DNA of 64,000 bases from assembly GCA_934096815.1 (NCBI GenBank), contig CAKOMY010000005.1:46807-110806 (forward strand), in the 5' to 3' direction. A program made the translations under genes and the position numbers. Shown here piece by piece: positions 9,298 to 18,000 of this stretch. Origin of the DNA: an uncultured Bacilli bacterium (GTDB taxonomy: Bacteria; Bacillota_I; Bacilli_A; RF39; UBA660). Numbering within the stretch: the first letter of the stretch is position 1; each line of letters opens with the position of its first letter. The notes below the pieces were generated by a model. That model made no database searches, was not told the origin of the DNA, and worked only from the letters and a program-made list of their open reading frames with translations.

Positions 9298-9747
9298 CTA
9301 TATAATTCCTGCAATTTCATCTATTTTTTTATTTATTATATTAGGGTTATTTAATATAATTTGTTTTATATTATCAATAGAATAATTCTTATTTAAATAA
9401 TCAATGATTTTATCAAATTCTAAAGGACTACATGTATAAATATTACTATTATTATTCAGCAAATATTTAATTTGCTCATTAAATAAATTTAATTTATTAA
9501 TATATATTTCATCAAATGCATTTTTTCTCTTTGAAGATAAAGTTAATATAAATGGATTGATATTAACTAAACTAATTATTTCTTTATTATTTAATCCTTT
9601 ACCTGCGAAAAAATTTATATTTTCTTTAACTTTATCTAAAGATACAAAATACATATCTTCATTTAATTCTTCAAATCTATCTAAATTTTCTTTACTAAAT
9701 CCATAATTTATTAAGTATTCATATATTTCATTTTTCATATAATTCAA
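9298..9747 (-). CDS. mTERF-like repeat protein (tentative)
   Basis: YLINYGFSKENLDRF..., FFAGKGLNNKEIISLVNINPFILTLS and YLNKNYSIDNIKQIILNNPNIINKK match the mTERF repeat pattern (L..G.s...i..i....P.il..s). Confidence 0.4.
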   Translation of the reverse strand: MNYMKNEIYEYLINYGFSKENLDRFEELNEDMYFVSLDKVKENINFFAGKGLNNKEIISLVNINPFILTLSSKRKNAFDEIYINKLNLFNEQIKYLLNNNSNIYTCSPLEFDKIIDYLNKNYSIDNIKQIILNNPNIINKKIDEIAGII

Positions 9748-9758
9748 ACTCCTATCAA

Positions 9759-10610
9759 TTAAACAGTTACTAATTCCTGTTCTAATATATCTATTATTTG
9801 CTTTATTGCATCAATAGTATCTTCAAATTTCACATTTCTTACATAGTTAAGTTTCCTACTGTAATTATCAAATAATTCTTTTAATACAATACTATCTTTT
9901 ATTATTTCAAATATATCATTTAAGTATTCTATATTAAAATTTGTGTTTCTATGTTTAAAAGTTCTTTCTATTGCTTTAACAAGTGTATTTTTATTTATTT
10001 TATCTATATGATTGTTTACTATTATATACACATCATAAAAATCCTTTGCTCTAGTCGTAGAAATATTTTTACTAATTATACTTTCAAATTTTTCAGCAAT
10101 TATAGTTTCAATTGTATATGCCATAATGTTAATAGTTTTATCTTCAAAAATAGAACTATACTTATATTTTATCTCTCTCGGTGTAATGATATCTCCAGTA
10201 GTTACTTCTATAAAGAAATGGGTTTTTAATTTATCAAATTCTCCATATACATTTATTCTATAACCACTATAAAAATCATCTAATCTAATATCTTTAACAC
10301 TTTCAATTTTAAAGATAAAACCATCTTCTATATCTATTGATAATATTTCTTCAAAAATATTTTTAATAGACTCTTCATTAAGTGGAATACTTTTTAAAGT
10401 GGCATCTATATCTTTTGTAGTTCTCATATCACTTCCTATAATTGAAGAAAGTAATACACCACCCTTTAAAATAATGTTATCTTTATACCTACTTTTTTCT
10501 AATCTCATTAATACATGTTCAAAAAAAAACATTTGATGAAGATGTAGTGATACATCATTACTTCCATTAGCACGCTTTTTAATAAGGGCATTAAGTTTAT
10601 CGCTATTCAT
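9759..10610 (-). CDS. abiEii: AbiEii/AbiGii-family nucleotidyltransferase toxin (type IV TA)
   Basis: IILKGGVLLSSIIGSDMRTTKDIDATLKS is the hallmark DUF1814/AbiEii motif. Length is 283 aa. ATG overlaps the stop of the upstream antitoxin gene. Confidence 0.85.
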   Translation of the reverse strand: MNSDKLNALIKKRANGSNDVSLHLHQMFFFEHVLMRLEKSRYKDNIILKGGVLLSSIIGSDMRTTKDIDATLKSIPLNEESIKNIFEEILSIDIEDGFIFKIESVKDIRLDDFYSGYRINVYGEFDKLKTHFFIEVTTGDIITPREIKYKYSSIFEDKTINIMAYTIETIIAEKFESIISKNISTTRAKDFYDVYIIVNNHIDKINKNTLVKAIERTFKHRNTNFNIEYLNDIFEIIKDSIVLKELFDNYSRKLNYVRNVKFEDTIDAIKQIIDILEQELVTV

Positions 10611-11203
10611 TATAAAATCACCTGCATAATTTCCGCTACTTCTTTTTCAATATTTAATTTTTTTGAATACTTAGCAAGTTTTAGCATATCTTTATCTTTT
10701 CTTTCAGCATACCATTTTAAAGCTTTAGTATATATTTCTTTATCCATATGATTTTTATCTTTAATAATATCACAAATAGTTCTTTCAACATCATAACATT
10801 TAATATCCATACCGAATGGAGATTTAATAGTTTCCATTCCTAAATTTAAAATGTTATTATCTACATAGTGAAGCGATACAACATCAATATTTTGTAATGG
10901 TCCACCATAACCACGAGGTACTGTAATATCAAAATATAGTGGTGTTCTATCTGATAGTTCATGTAAAAATAAAGATGTTGTATAAGAAAATATAGCATTT
11001 TTACTTTTAGAAATTATTTTATAATAATCATCATTAATCATATTAGGTAATGAATAGTATCCAGTTGATACTCTCTCTAATATTCCACCATCACATAGTC
11101 TTTTTAATGCCATTTTGTTTAGTCCATTATCTACCACTTCTTTAGTAGTAATATATCCATCATTTTTTTGTACTAATTGTAAAATTTTTTCTAAATCACT
11201 CAT
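10610..11203 (-). CDS. abiEi: AbiEi-family antitoxin/transcriptional regulator
   Basis: MSDLEKILQLVQKNDGYITTKEVVDNGLNKMALKRLCDGGILERVSTGYYSLP is an AbiEi N-terminal wHTH. The start was set at Met 11203 (AGAGGTG SD upstream), not 11245. Confidence 0.8.
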   Translation of the reverse strand: MSDLEKILQLVQKNDGYITTKEVVDNGLNKMALKRLCDGGILERVSTGYYSLPNMINDDYYKIISKSKNAIFSYTTSLFLHELSDRTPLYFDITVPRGYGGPLQNIDVVSLHYVDNNILNLGMETIKSPFGMDIKCYDVERTICDIIKDKNHMDKEIYTKALKWYAERKDKDMLKLAKYSKKLNIEKEVAEIMQVIL

Positions 11204-11361
11204 AAGTAACACCTCTCTTATAATAATTATACAATAATAAATCATAAAAGAAAATAGTTTTTGTTACTTTTTTAATTATTTTTTAAATATTTTAATTTTA
11301 AAAGTAACATTTTTACAAACAAAAAAGCCAACTTATCATCGTTGACTCTTCTGGCAAATAT

Positions 11362-11399
11362 GCAATTATTTATAAATAATGCATTATTTATAAATAATT
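11362..11399. promoter_or_regulatory. Two tandem copies of a perfect 16-bp palindrome ATTATTTATAAATAAT, about 160 nt upstream of abiEi
   Basis: GCAATTATTTATAAATAAT then GCATTATTTATAAATAATT, read directly from the sequence. Operator-like architecture. Confidence 0.35.
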
Positions 11400-11873
11400 G
11401 TTTACACCTTTGTAAGCTTTGACATACTCACACTCTTTATTTGCTACTTGCATAATTTTTTCAATGGCAAAAAGAGCTTAATACTCAACAATATACCATC
11501 TCCATAATTTCATCTATAGTTTTAGTAATAACAAATTATTACATAGCGCTAAAATTAAATTTAATGGTTGTTAACTAATTATTTAATACTAAGGGTGTAC
11601 CACTGAAGGTAAAGCACCTTTTAACATTGTTTTTATGGTGCATCACCTCCTTATATCGTTATTTTCAAGATAAAGTACATACACTTCTTCATCCATCTAA
11701 CAACAATTAAATTATACCACATCTGCCAATATTTACCAAATAAATATAAGAAAAAAAGTTTAAATTTCTACAAAGCAATTATAAATAAAATCAACATCAT
11801 ACTTTTTTGTATATTTACTAGTAAATCCTATAGTAATAGTAATGGTATCATTTATTAGACAGTAAGGTGAATA

Positions 11874-12069
11874 GGCGTTACACTTATTCCTTGGCCAAAA
11901 GCGGTTGTTGCAGTTTCAACGGGTCCCATTTTAGATAATTTAAACATGATACCACTGGCTTCACCATTTAAATCAATTCCGGTCTTTTTACCAAAACCAA
12001 ATTTTTCTAAGTATGAATATAAAGTTTCAGTACCTAACCTTTGACCTAATACAACAAAACCGGGGTTGC
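11874..12069 (-). CDS. spoVD: spoVD-like PBP, segment 2 of 3 (64 codons between the SxN box and the TPxQQV region)
   Basis: ...SNPGFVVLGQRLGTETLYSYLEKFGFGKKTGIDLNGEASGIMFKLSKMGPVETATTAFGQGISVTP matches SpoVD directly after SCN. The listed ORF 11855-12100 adds element-derived codons at both ends (MLFYVPMVTP.. and ..IHLTV*). Confidence 0.85.
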
Positions 12070-12150
12070 TTGGTGTTACCATTGGAACATAAAAGAGCAT
12101 TTTTTTCCTTTATTTTCAAGACTTCCACTAAGAGTTCCAATGTTCTTATG

Positions 12151-13833
12151 TCAGCTGTTTTGAATCTCTATATCACCATAAGAACATTTTTCTGGATAAA
12201 AATTTGATAACTCAAGTTTTTTTATTTTGTTATCAATTTCTAATTCTCTGTATATTGTATCTGCATTAAAATTGAAATAAATAATTAATCTTACATGTTT
12301 TCTATCGCCATTTATTTTTTCAACTTCTACTCTTTCAACTAATATTCTCATTAAATTAGGTAGCTCTTTCTGTAAATCAACTTTTGAAGTAAGGGTATTT
12401 CTAACTTCTATTATTTTTTCCTTTAATTTTGTAAGTTCTGCATTAGGATTATTAAGTCTATCAATTTTCGTTTTTAAGGAATTAATTTCGTTGTTAAACT
12501 TATCATTTCTTTTCTTAAACTCTAAATCATCAATCATTCCTTTAATACTCAAATCTAATAATTTATTCTTTTGGTTTTCTATTTTTGTAATTTGATTGTT
12601 TATACTTCCAATATCATCAGAGCTATTATTACTACTTATAATATTCTCATATTCATTTATTACCCCACTTAAATATTCTTTTTTATTATCTATAAAATCA
12701 TTAAATATTTGTACAAATATCTTATCTAGATATTCTTCTCTTAAAATTGGTGAAGCACAGGCACCAACCCCTTCTGTCTTGTATTTCTTACAAGACCATG
12801 TAGGATTATTTGCTCTATTACTTCCACCAGCTCTTATAAATACATTTCCACAATCCTTACAATATAATAAACAGCTATATTTTGAATTTTCTAAAGATTT
12901 TTCAGAATTTAGAATGTGTCTTGCAGGTGATTTTTTTCTCATCTCATGAAGTTCATTTGCTTTATTCCATAACTCTTCAGATACAATTGCTGGAACTCTA
13001 TCATCATGCTCAATTATTTGTCTTTCTTTTGGAACTTTTTTCTTTTTATGTGTTTTATAATTTTCAACCTCAGTTAATCTAGCAGTATAATACCCTTTAT
13101 ATCTAGGATTAGTTAAAAATTTTGCCATAGTTGTATCAGAATAAGGTTCCCCTTTTGAATTTAAATATCCCATTTTTGCAAGATCTTGTCCTATCTTCTT
13201 AAGACCAACTTTCCCAGATGCATAAGTTTCAAAAAGATAAGTAATTATTGGTGCTTCTGCTGGATTAATTTCATATCTTCCATCTTTTTTGAAATATCCA
13301 GTTAAATTACCACCAATAAGTTTTCTATCTTTAATCATTCTATTAATACCAAATTTAACTCTTTCAGAAAGTTTTCTAACTTCATCTTGAGCTAAGCTTG
13401 ACATAATTGTAAGTCTAAACTCCGAATCTTCCCCTATTGTATTAAGATTGTCTGATAAAAAATATACAATAACTCCCTGTTTTAATAAATACTCTGTATA
13501 TTTTATACTATCAACAGTATTTCTTGAAAACCTTGATATCTCTTTTGTAACTATCATATCTATTTTTCCAAGAGTAGCATCCTCAATCATTTTTAGAAAT
13601 TTATCTCTATTTTTTACAGCAGTTCCACTAATTCCTTCATCTATATAACCACCACAAAATATCCAGTTTTTGTTTTCTGTTATCATTTCTTCAAAATAGT
13701 TTTGTTGGTTCTCCAAACTATTTAATTGATCGTCCTTATCTGTTGAAACACGAGCATAATATACTACTCTAAGTGGCATATCATAAATCGTTTTTCCTTT
13801 TCTTAAATCTTCCCTTGCTTTTTTTATATCCAT
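12151..13833 (-). CDS. Large serine recombinase (560 aa)
   Basis: YYARVSTDKDDQLNSLENQ, VTKEISRFSRN, zinc-ribbon Cys cluster CLLYCKDCGN...WSCKKY...C, and a coiled-coil C-terminus. Paralog of LSR A. Confidence 0.9.
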   Translation of the reverse strand: MDIKKAREDLRKGKTIYDMPLRVVYYARVSTDKDDQLNSLENQQNYFEEMITENKNWIFCGGYIDEGISGTAVKNRDKFLKMIEDATLGKIDMIVTKEISRFSRNTVDSIKYTEYLLKQGVIVYFLSDNLNTIGEDSEFRLTIMSSLAQDEVRKLSERVKFGINRMIKDRKLIGGNLTGYFKKDGRYEINPAEAPIITYLFETYASGKVGLKKIGQDLAKMGYLNSKGEPYSDTTMAKFLTNPRYKGYYTARLTEVENYKTHKKKKVPKERQIIEHDDRVPAIVSEELWNKANELHEMRKKSPARHILNSEKSLENSKYSCLLYCKDCGNVFIRAGGSNRANNPTWSCKKYKTEGVGACASPILREEYLDKIFVQIFNDFIDNKKEYLSGVINEYENIISSNNSSDDIGSINNQITKIENQKNKLLDLSIKGMIDDLEFKKRNDKFNNEINSLKTKIDRLNNPNAELTKLKEKIIEVRNTLTSKVDLQKELPNLMRILVERVEVEKINGDRKHVRLIIYFNFNADTIYRELEIDNKIKKLELSNFYPEKCSYGDIEIQNS

Positions 13834-13874
13834 TATTCCTCACTCTCCTTTCATGTTCTTAAAAAGCAAGATAA

Positions 13875-14123
13875 CTAGGATGATGACATGCTGCCATGAT
13901 TTTTCACTATTGTCAAACCATCATTAATCTTGTCTTTATATTCATTTTTTATTTTTGTCATTCTTCCAAGTATTGATTGTTCCATTAAACTAAAAACTTT
14001 TAAATCAATTACTTTACTCTCATATAATTCTCTATTTAAAATTAGTCGCCATTCTAATAATTTATATTCCAAAGGCAAATGTTTGGTACTACACTTTATT
14101 TCAATATCATCTGTATTATACAT
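13875..14123 (-). CDS. Small protein directly upstream of LSR B (possible RDF or regulator)
   Basis: 82-aa ORF, co-oriented, with a 41-nt gap to the LSR gene. No family recognised. Confidence 0.3.
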   Translation of the reverse strand: MYNTDDIEIKCSTKHLPLEYKLLEWRLILNRELYESKVIDLKVFSLMEQSILGRMTKIKNEYKDKINDGLTIVKNHGSMSSS

Positions 14124-14139
14124 GTTATACCATCCTCAT

Positions 14140-14409
14140 TTAACTATATGAGATAAAGATATAAATAATACTAAATAAAAATACACATTTAGGATTTTTA
14201 ATTCTACCATTTTCTAGTAACCATAATTCTATTTCAGATATATCTGATATTCTAAATAAATCACTTAAAGTAAGATTTAATTTATTTCTTGCTATTTTAA
14301 TTATTTCACTTAATTTTTTATATTTAATTTGTCTCTCTTCCTCTCTAGCACTCTTACTAGATATTTTTAATGCACAAAATAAAAAAAGTGATAATCCTAA
14401 AACTAACAC
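14140..14409 (-). CDS. XRE-like HTH-containing ORF, possibly degraded
   Basis: IKIARNKLNLTLSDLFRISDISEIELWLLENGRIKNP looks like an XRE HTH. The ORF starts at GTG with a hydrophobic leader, and short out-of-frame ORFs lie just upstream. Confidence 0.3.
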   Translation of the reverse strand: MLVLGLSLFLFCALKISSKSAREEERQIKYKKLSEIIKIARNKLNLTLSDLFRISDISEIELWLLENGRIKNPKCVFLFSIIYIFISYS

Positions 14410-14506
14410 TATAAATACTATAAATATTAATCATTTCAAAAATGGCATCATATCACCTCATTTTCATAATAAAAAAGAATAGAAATTCTTTTAGAAAATC
14501 TATTCT

Positions 14507-15016
14507 TTATTTAACTTTATTAGCAAGCTTTATAACTGCTTTAGTATATTTCATAAGTTCTTTTTTATTTTTAAATCCACAAGTCATTGCATAATAATCA
14601 GTATAGCTATCATCTTCTTTTACTAACTTTAATTGTAAAGATTTATTTATATTATAATTTTCTTTAGCAGACAAGTTAGATAATTTAGAATAATCTTTGA
14701 TTGTTATATTATAAAGTGGATCATTGCTTTTAAATTTATCATATATTTCATTTGATATTATACAATTATCAATAAGTTCCTCGTTATTCTCAAACTCTAT
14801 TAATGTCTTGTTTTTTTCAGGATATACTGTTACATTTTTAACTCTATCAATGTACACTACTTTTCCATCTTTTATTTTACCAACATATGGTTCTCTTGAT
14901 GATAGTAAAACAATAATTAGTATAACAACTAGAAGAATACTTGAAATAATGATAATTTGTTTTTTAGATAGTTTCTTTATCTTTAATTTTGTCTTTTTCA
15001 CATTACCATCCCTCAA
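14507..15016 (-). CDS. Membrane-anchored hypothetical protein (169 aa)
   Basis: N-terminal Lys-rich stretch followed by a TM helix (IIIISSILLVVILIIVLL). No known domain recognised. Confidence 0.5.
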   Translation of the reverse strand: MRDGNVKKTKLKIKKLSKKQIIIISSILLVVILIIVLLSSREPYVGKIKDGKVVYIDRVKNVTVYPEKNKTLIEFENNEELIDNCIISNEIYDKFKSNDPLYNITIKDYSKLSNLSAKENYNINKSLQLKLVKEDDSYTDYYAMTCGFKNKKELMKYTKAVIKLANKVK

Positions 15017-15059
15017 TTTTTATATTAAAAAGGAGTTAGAGAAAACTCTAACTCACAGT

Positions 15060-18000
15060 TTAATTTATTTGTTTTCTTCTATAAAAGATTCCAGCTCCAG
15101 CAAGTCCTACGATTGATAAGATTCCACTCATTATATAGAATCCAATATTATCTCCAGTTTGTGGATTTTCAGTAGGCACTGTTACTTTTGCTACGTTAAA
15201 TGTTGTAATTGCTTCTCCACCATCATTGAATAATACTTTTAAAGTATGTTCTCCAACTGATAATGTATCAACGAATTCTTTCTTCAATGTAATTATTGTG
15301 CTTCCTGATTCTGCTGTATAATTTTTAGGATCAACTAATTCATTATCAACATATACCTTACCATCATCAAATAATCTAAAATCAGCATTTATTTTAAATT
15401 TAGCTTCATTATTTTTAGTAATTGTATATTTTTGATTAGCTCCTTCAATTACTTCATAAACTATTTTTTCAACTACAACTTCTAAATTGATATTAGATGT
15501 TATATTTGTAAGTTTTAAAGTGTCTCCAACCATATCAGCAGTTTTATCAGTTTCATCAACTAAAACTTTAACTAACTTATATCCACTATTAGCAGTTATA
15601 GTAAATTCTTTATCTTCACCATAACTTACTGCAACAGCACCATTTGGTGTAATAGTTGCACCATCAACATCTTTAACAGTTACAGTAAATGGTATTTTCT
15701 TATAACTTACTTTAACATCTTTTTCTTCATTTACAGTAAGTTCTATTTTATTACCAGTTACAGTAGTTTCTACTGTATTTACTAATACTTTATCAATCAT
15801 ATATCCAACATTTGGTGTAAATGTTATTTCAACTTTTGTTCCTTCAACAGCATCTATTTTACTTGGTGTAATTGTTCCATTTCCACCATCAACTGATGTT
15901 ATTACATCAAACGTATCTTTAACATTAACTTCAATATCAATATCAGTTATTGTTTTATAGTTTGTAGTATCAACAGGAGTATATGTTGCTTTATAAGTAT
16001 GTGTTCCAGCTGTTAATACTGTACTTGTATCATTCCAAGTAAATCTACCTGGTAGAGTTACATCATTTAATGTTTTTCCTTTTACACCAGTAAGACCAGT
16101 TGGTACTGTATAGTCTGGTGTTGCTTGAGTGATTGACCAGTTTAAAACTAAATCTGTAGTTGTACCATCTTTCCACTCATAATTATCTTTATCTTTTAAG
16201 GATACTGTAATGCTATAATTTCCAACATTAGTAGCCTTAATATCGCCAGAAAAATTCATCTTATTTGAATCAAAATTACTATCTTGTGTAACTATTTCAT
16301 CACCAGTATATTCAAAAGTATTTTCAATTAAAGTTACTTTTTCAAGTTGTGCTTTTTTAATAGTAAATGCTACACTAAATGTTCCTGTATAATCAGAATT
16401 ACTATCTGGCACTTTATATGTTACTGTATAAGTTCCAGCTTTTGTAGGAGCCGTAGCACTGTTATAATTTGTAGAACCAGTTCCTTTATATAATACTTCT
16501 AAATCACTAACATTTACTGTACCAGCATTAACACTAATTGTTCCAGTTGGCTTTTTAGGATTTCCATCATAAGTAAATGTTTCATTATTAGAAAGTCCTG
16601 AAATATTTACATCAGTTTTATTTACAACATGAACTATAAAATCTTTTGTTGTTTCTTTCCATTCAGGAGTATTATCTCCACCAAGATCCATTTTTGCTGC
16701 CGTAATAGTCATTACAACATCACCTTCAGTAGCTCCTGCTACATATTCTTCATTTGTAGCATCATATGTAAGTGCTGTTCCTGATTTAATAGTAAAATCA
16801 ATGTTTCCTACATTTCCAGTTACTGATTGTTCTAAATATTCTTTTGATATAGAACCATTAACTTTTACATTTTGATCTGCAATTGCTAAAGGTTGTTCTG
16901 CACTTGTTACTTCAAGTACACCATTTACATGTGTTCCCATTGTATAGTTAGAAGTAATATCTTCACCATTTCTCATTACTTTAACATTGCTTACAGTATT
17001 ATTTGAAGAACCTACAAATTTTTGGCTACCAGTAATTGTAGCTTCTAACATATCACCTGGTAGTAATACACCATTAGTATATGTATAATTATTTTTTGTT
17101 AATTCAGTACCATCATATACTTTAGTATCTGAACCAGCTGTTACAACTATTGGTGTTGAAATTGGGTTTACTGTTAATTTACCAGCAGCTTTTACAATAC
17201 CAGAGTAACAACTAGTTACATCAACACCCTCAGCATTTGTTATAGTAATTTTTCCAATTGTATTATTTTCAAGAGCTGTATCTTTAACATCTCTTACTTT
17301 ACCAGTAATTACTGCAGTAACTAAATCACCATTAGGTAATTTTTTATCAGTTACTGGACTAGCATTATTTGCCCATAAAACATCATAAGCATTTTTTGTA
17401 TGTTCTGTTCCATCATAAGTGAATGTTTCATCATAACTTTTTACTTTTACTTCAGTATCGATCGGTTTAATTTCAAAATCAACATTACTTTCACTTTCAA
17501 TATAGTTTGCGCTTGTGATTTTTACATTCACTTTATATTTACCTACTAATATAGGTAATGTATTTCCTATATTTTCATAATTTCCAGGAGTTGTTTCTTT
17601 TGAATAATAAATTTCATATTCATTACTTCCTAAAGATTCTAATCCAGTTATACTTAAAGTAGGATTACTATTATATATCCAATTGCTTGGATAATGAATT
17701 GTTACTCCCTCATAATTTTTCTTTTCAACTTTTAATGTAACTGTTGCTGTATATGTTTTACCATTTTCATCAGTTACAGTAATTGTTGGTGTATATGTTC
17801 CAGCAGCTAGACCAGATTTTGCTTTAATTTTAAAATCATTATTTATTGCACCAATACCTATTGTTGGTTGTGTAGTTCCAATAATTTCAAATTTTTCATT
17901 ATCAGATACTGTTACATTAGTAATTTTTAACTCAGCAGCACCAATATTAGTAATTTTAATTGTTGCTGATGGTCCATCAGTATATCCATATGTAACATTT

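Larger units (their letters stand above)
1200..11873. mobile_element. Intervening element A (~10.7 kb) inserted in spoVD, large-serine-recombinase type
   Basis: It lies between spoVD segment 2 and segment 3. The LSR gene is at the end next to segment 3. A CC core is present at both junctions (1198-1199 and 11874-11875). A 13-bp terminal inverted repeat is present: GTCTAATAAATGA at 1201-1213 and TCATTTATTAGAC at 11848-11860. Confidence 0.8.

Noticed and set aside
11575-11643. 22-codon ORF (MHHKNNVKRCFTFSGTPLVLNN) behind a perfect GGAGG, considered as a type I toxin or leader peptide
   Set aside because: Only 2 nt separate GGAGG from the ATG. The peptide is not hydrophobic like type I toxins, and no antisense RNA features are evident.
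1201-11860. 13-bp terminal inverted repeats of element A as the symmetric attP half-sites of LSR A
   Set aside because: One copy abuts the crossover while the other is 13 nt away, so they are not symmetric about the core. They are kept as an observation (possible hairpin in the excised form) but not called as the recombinase binding arms.
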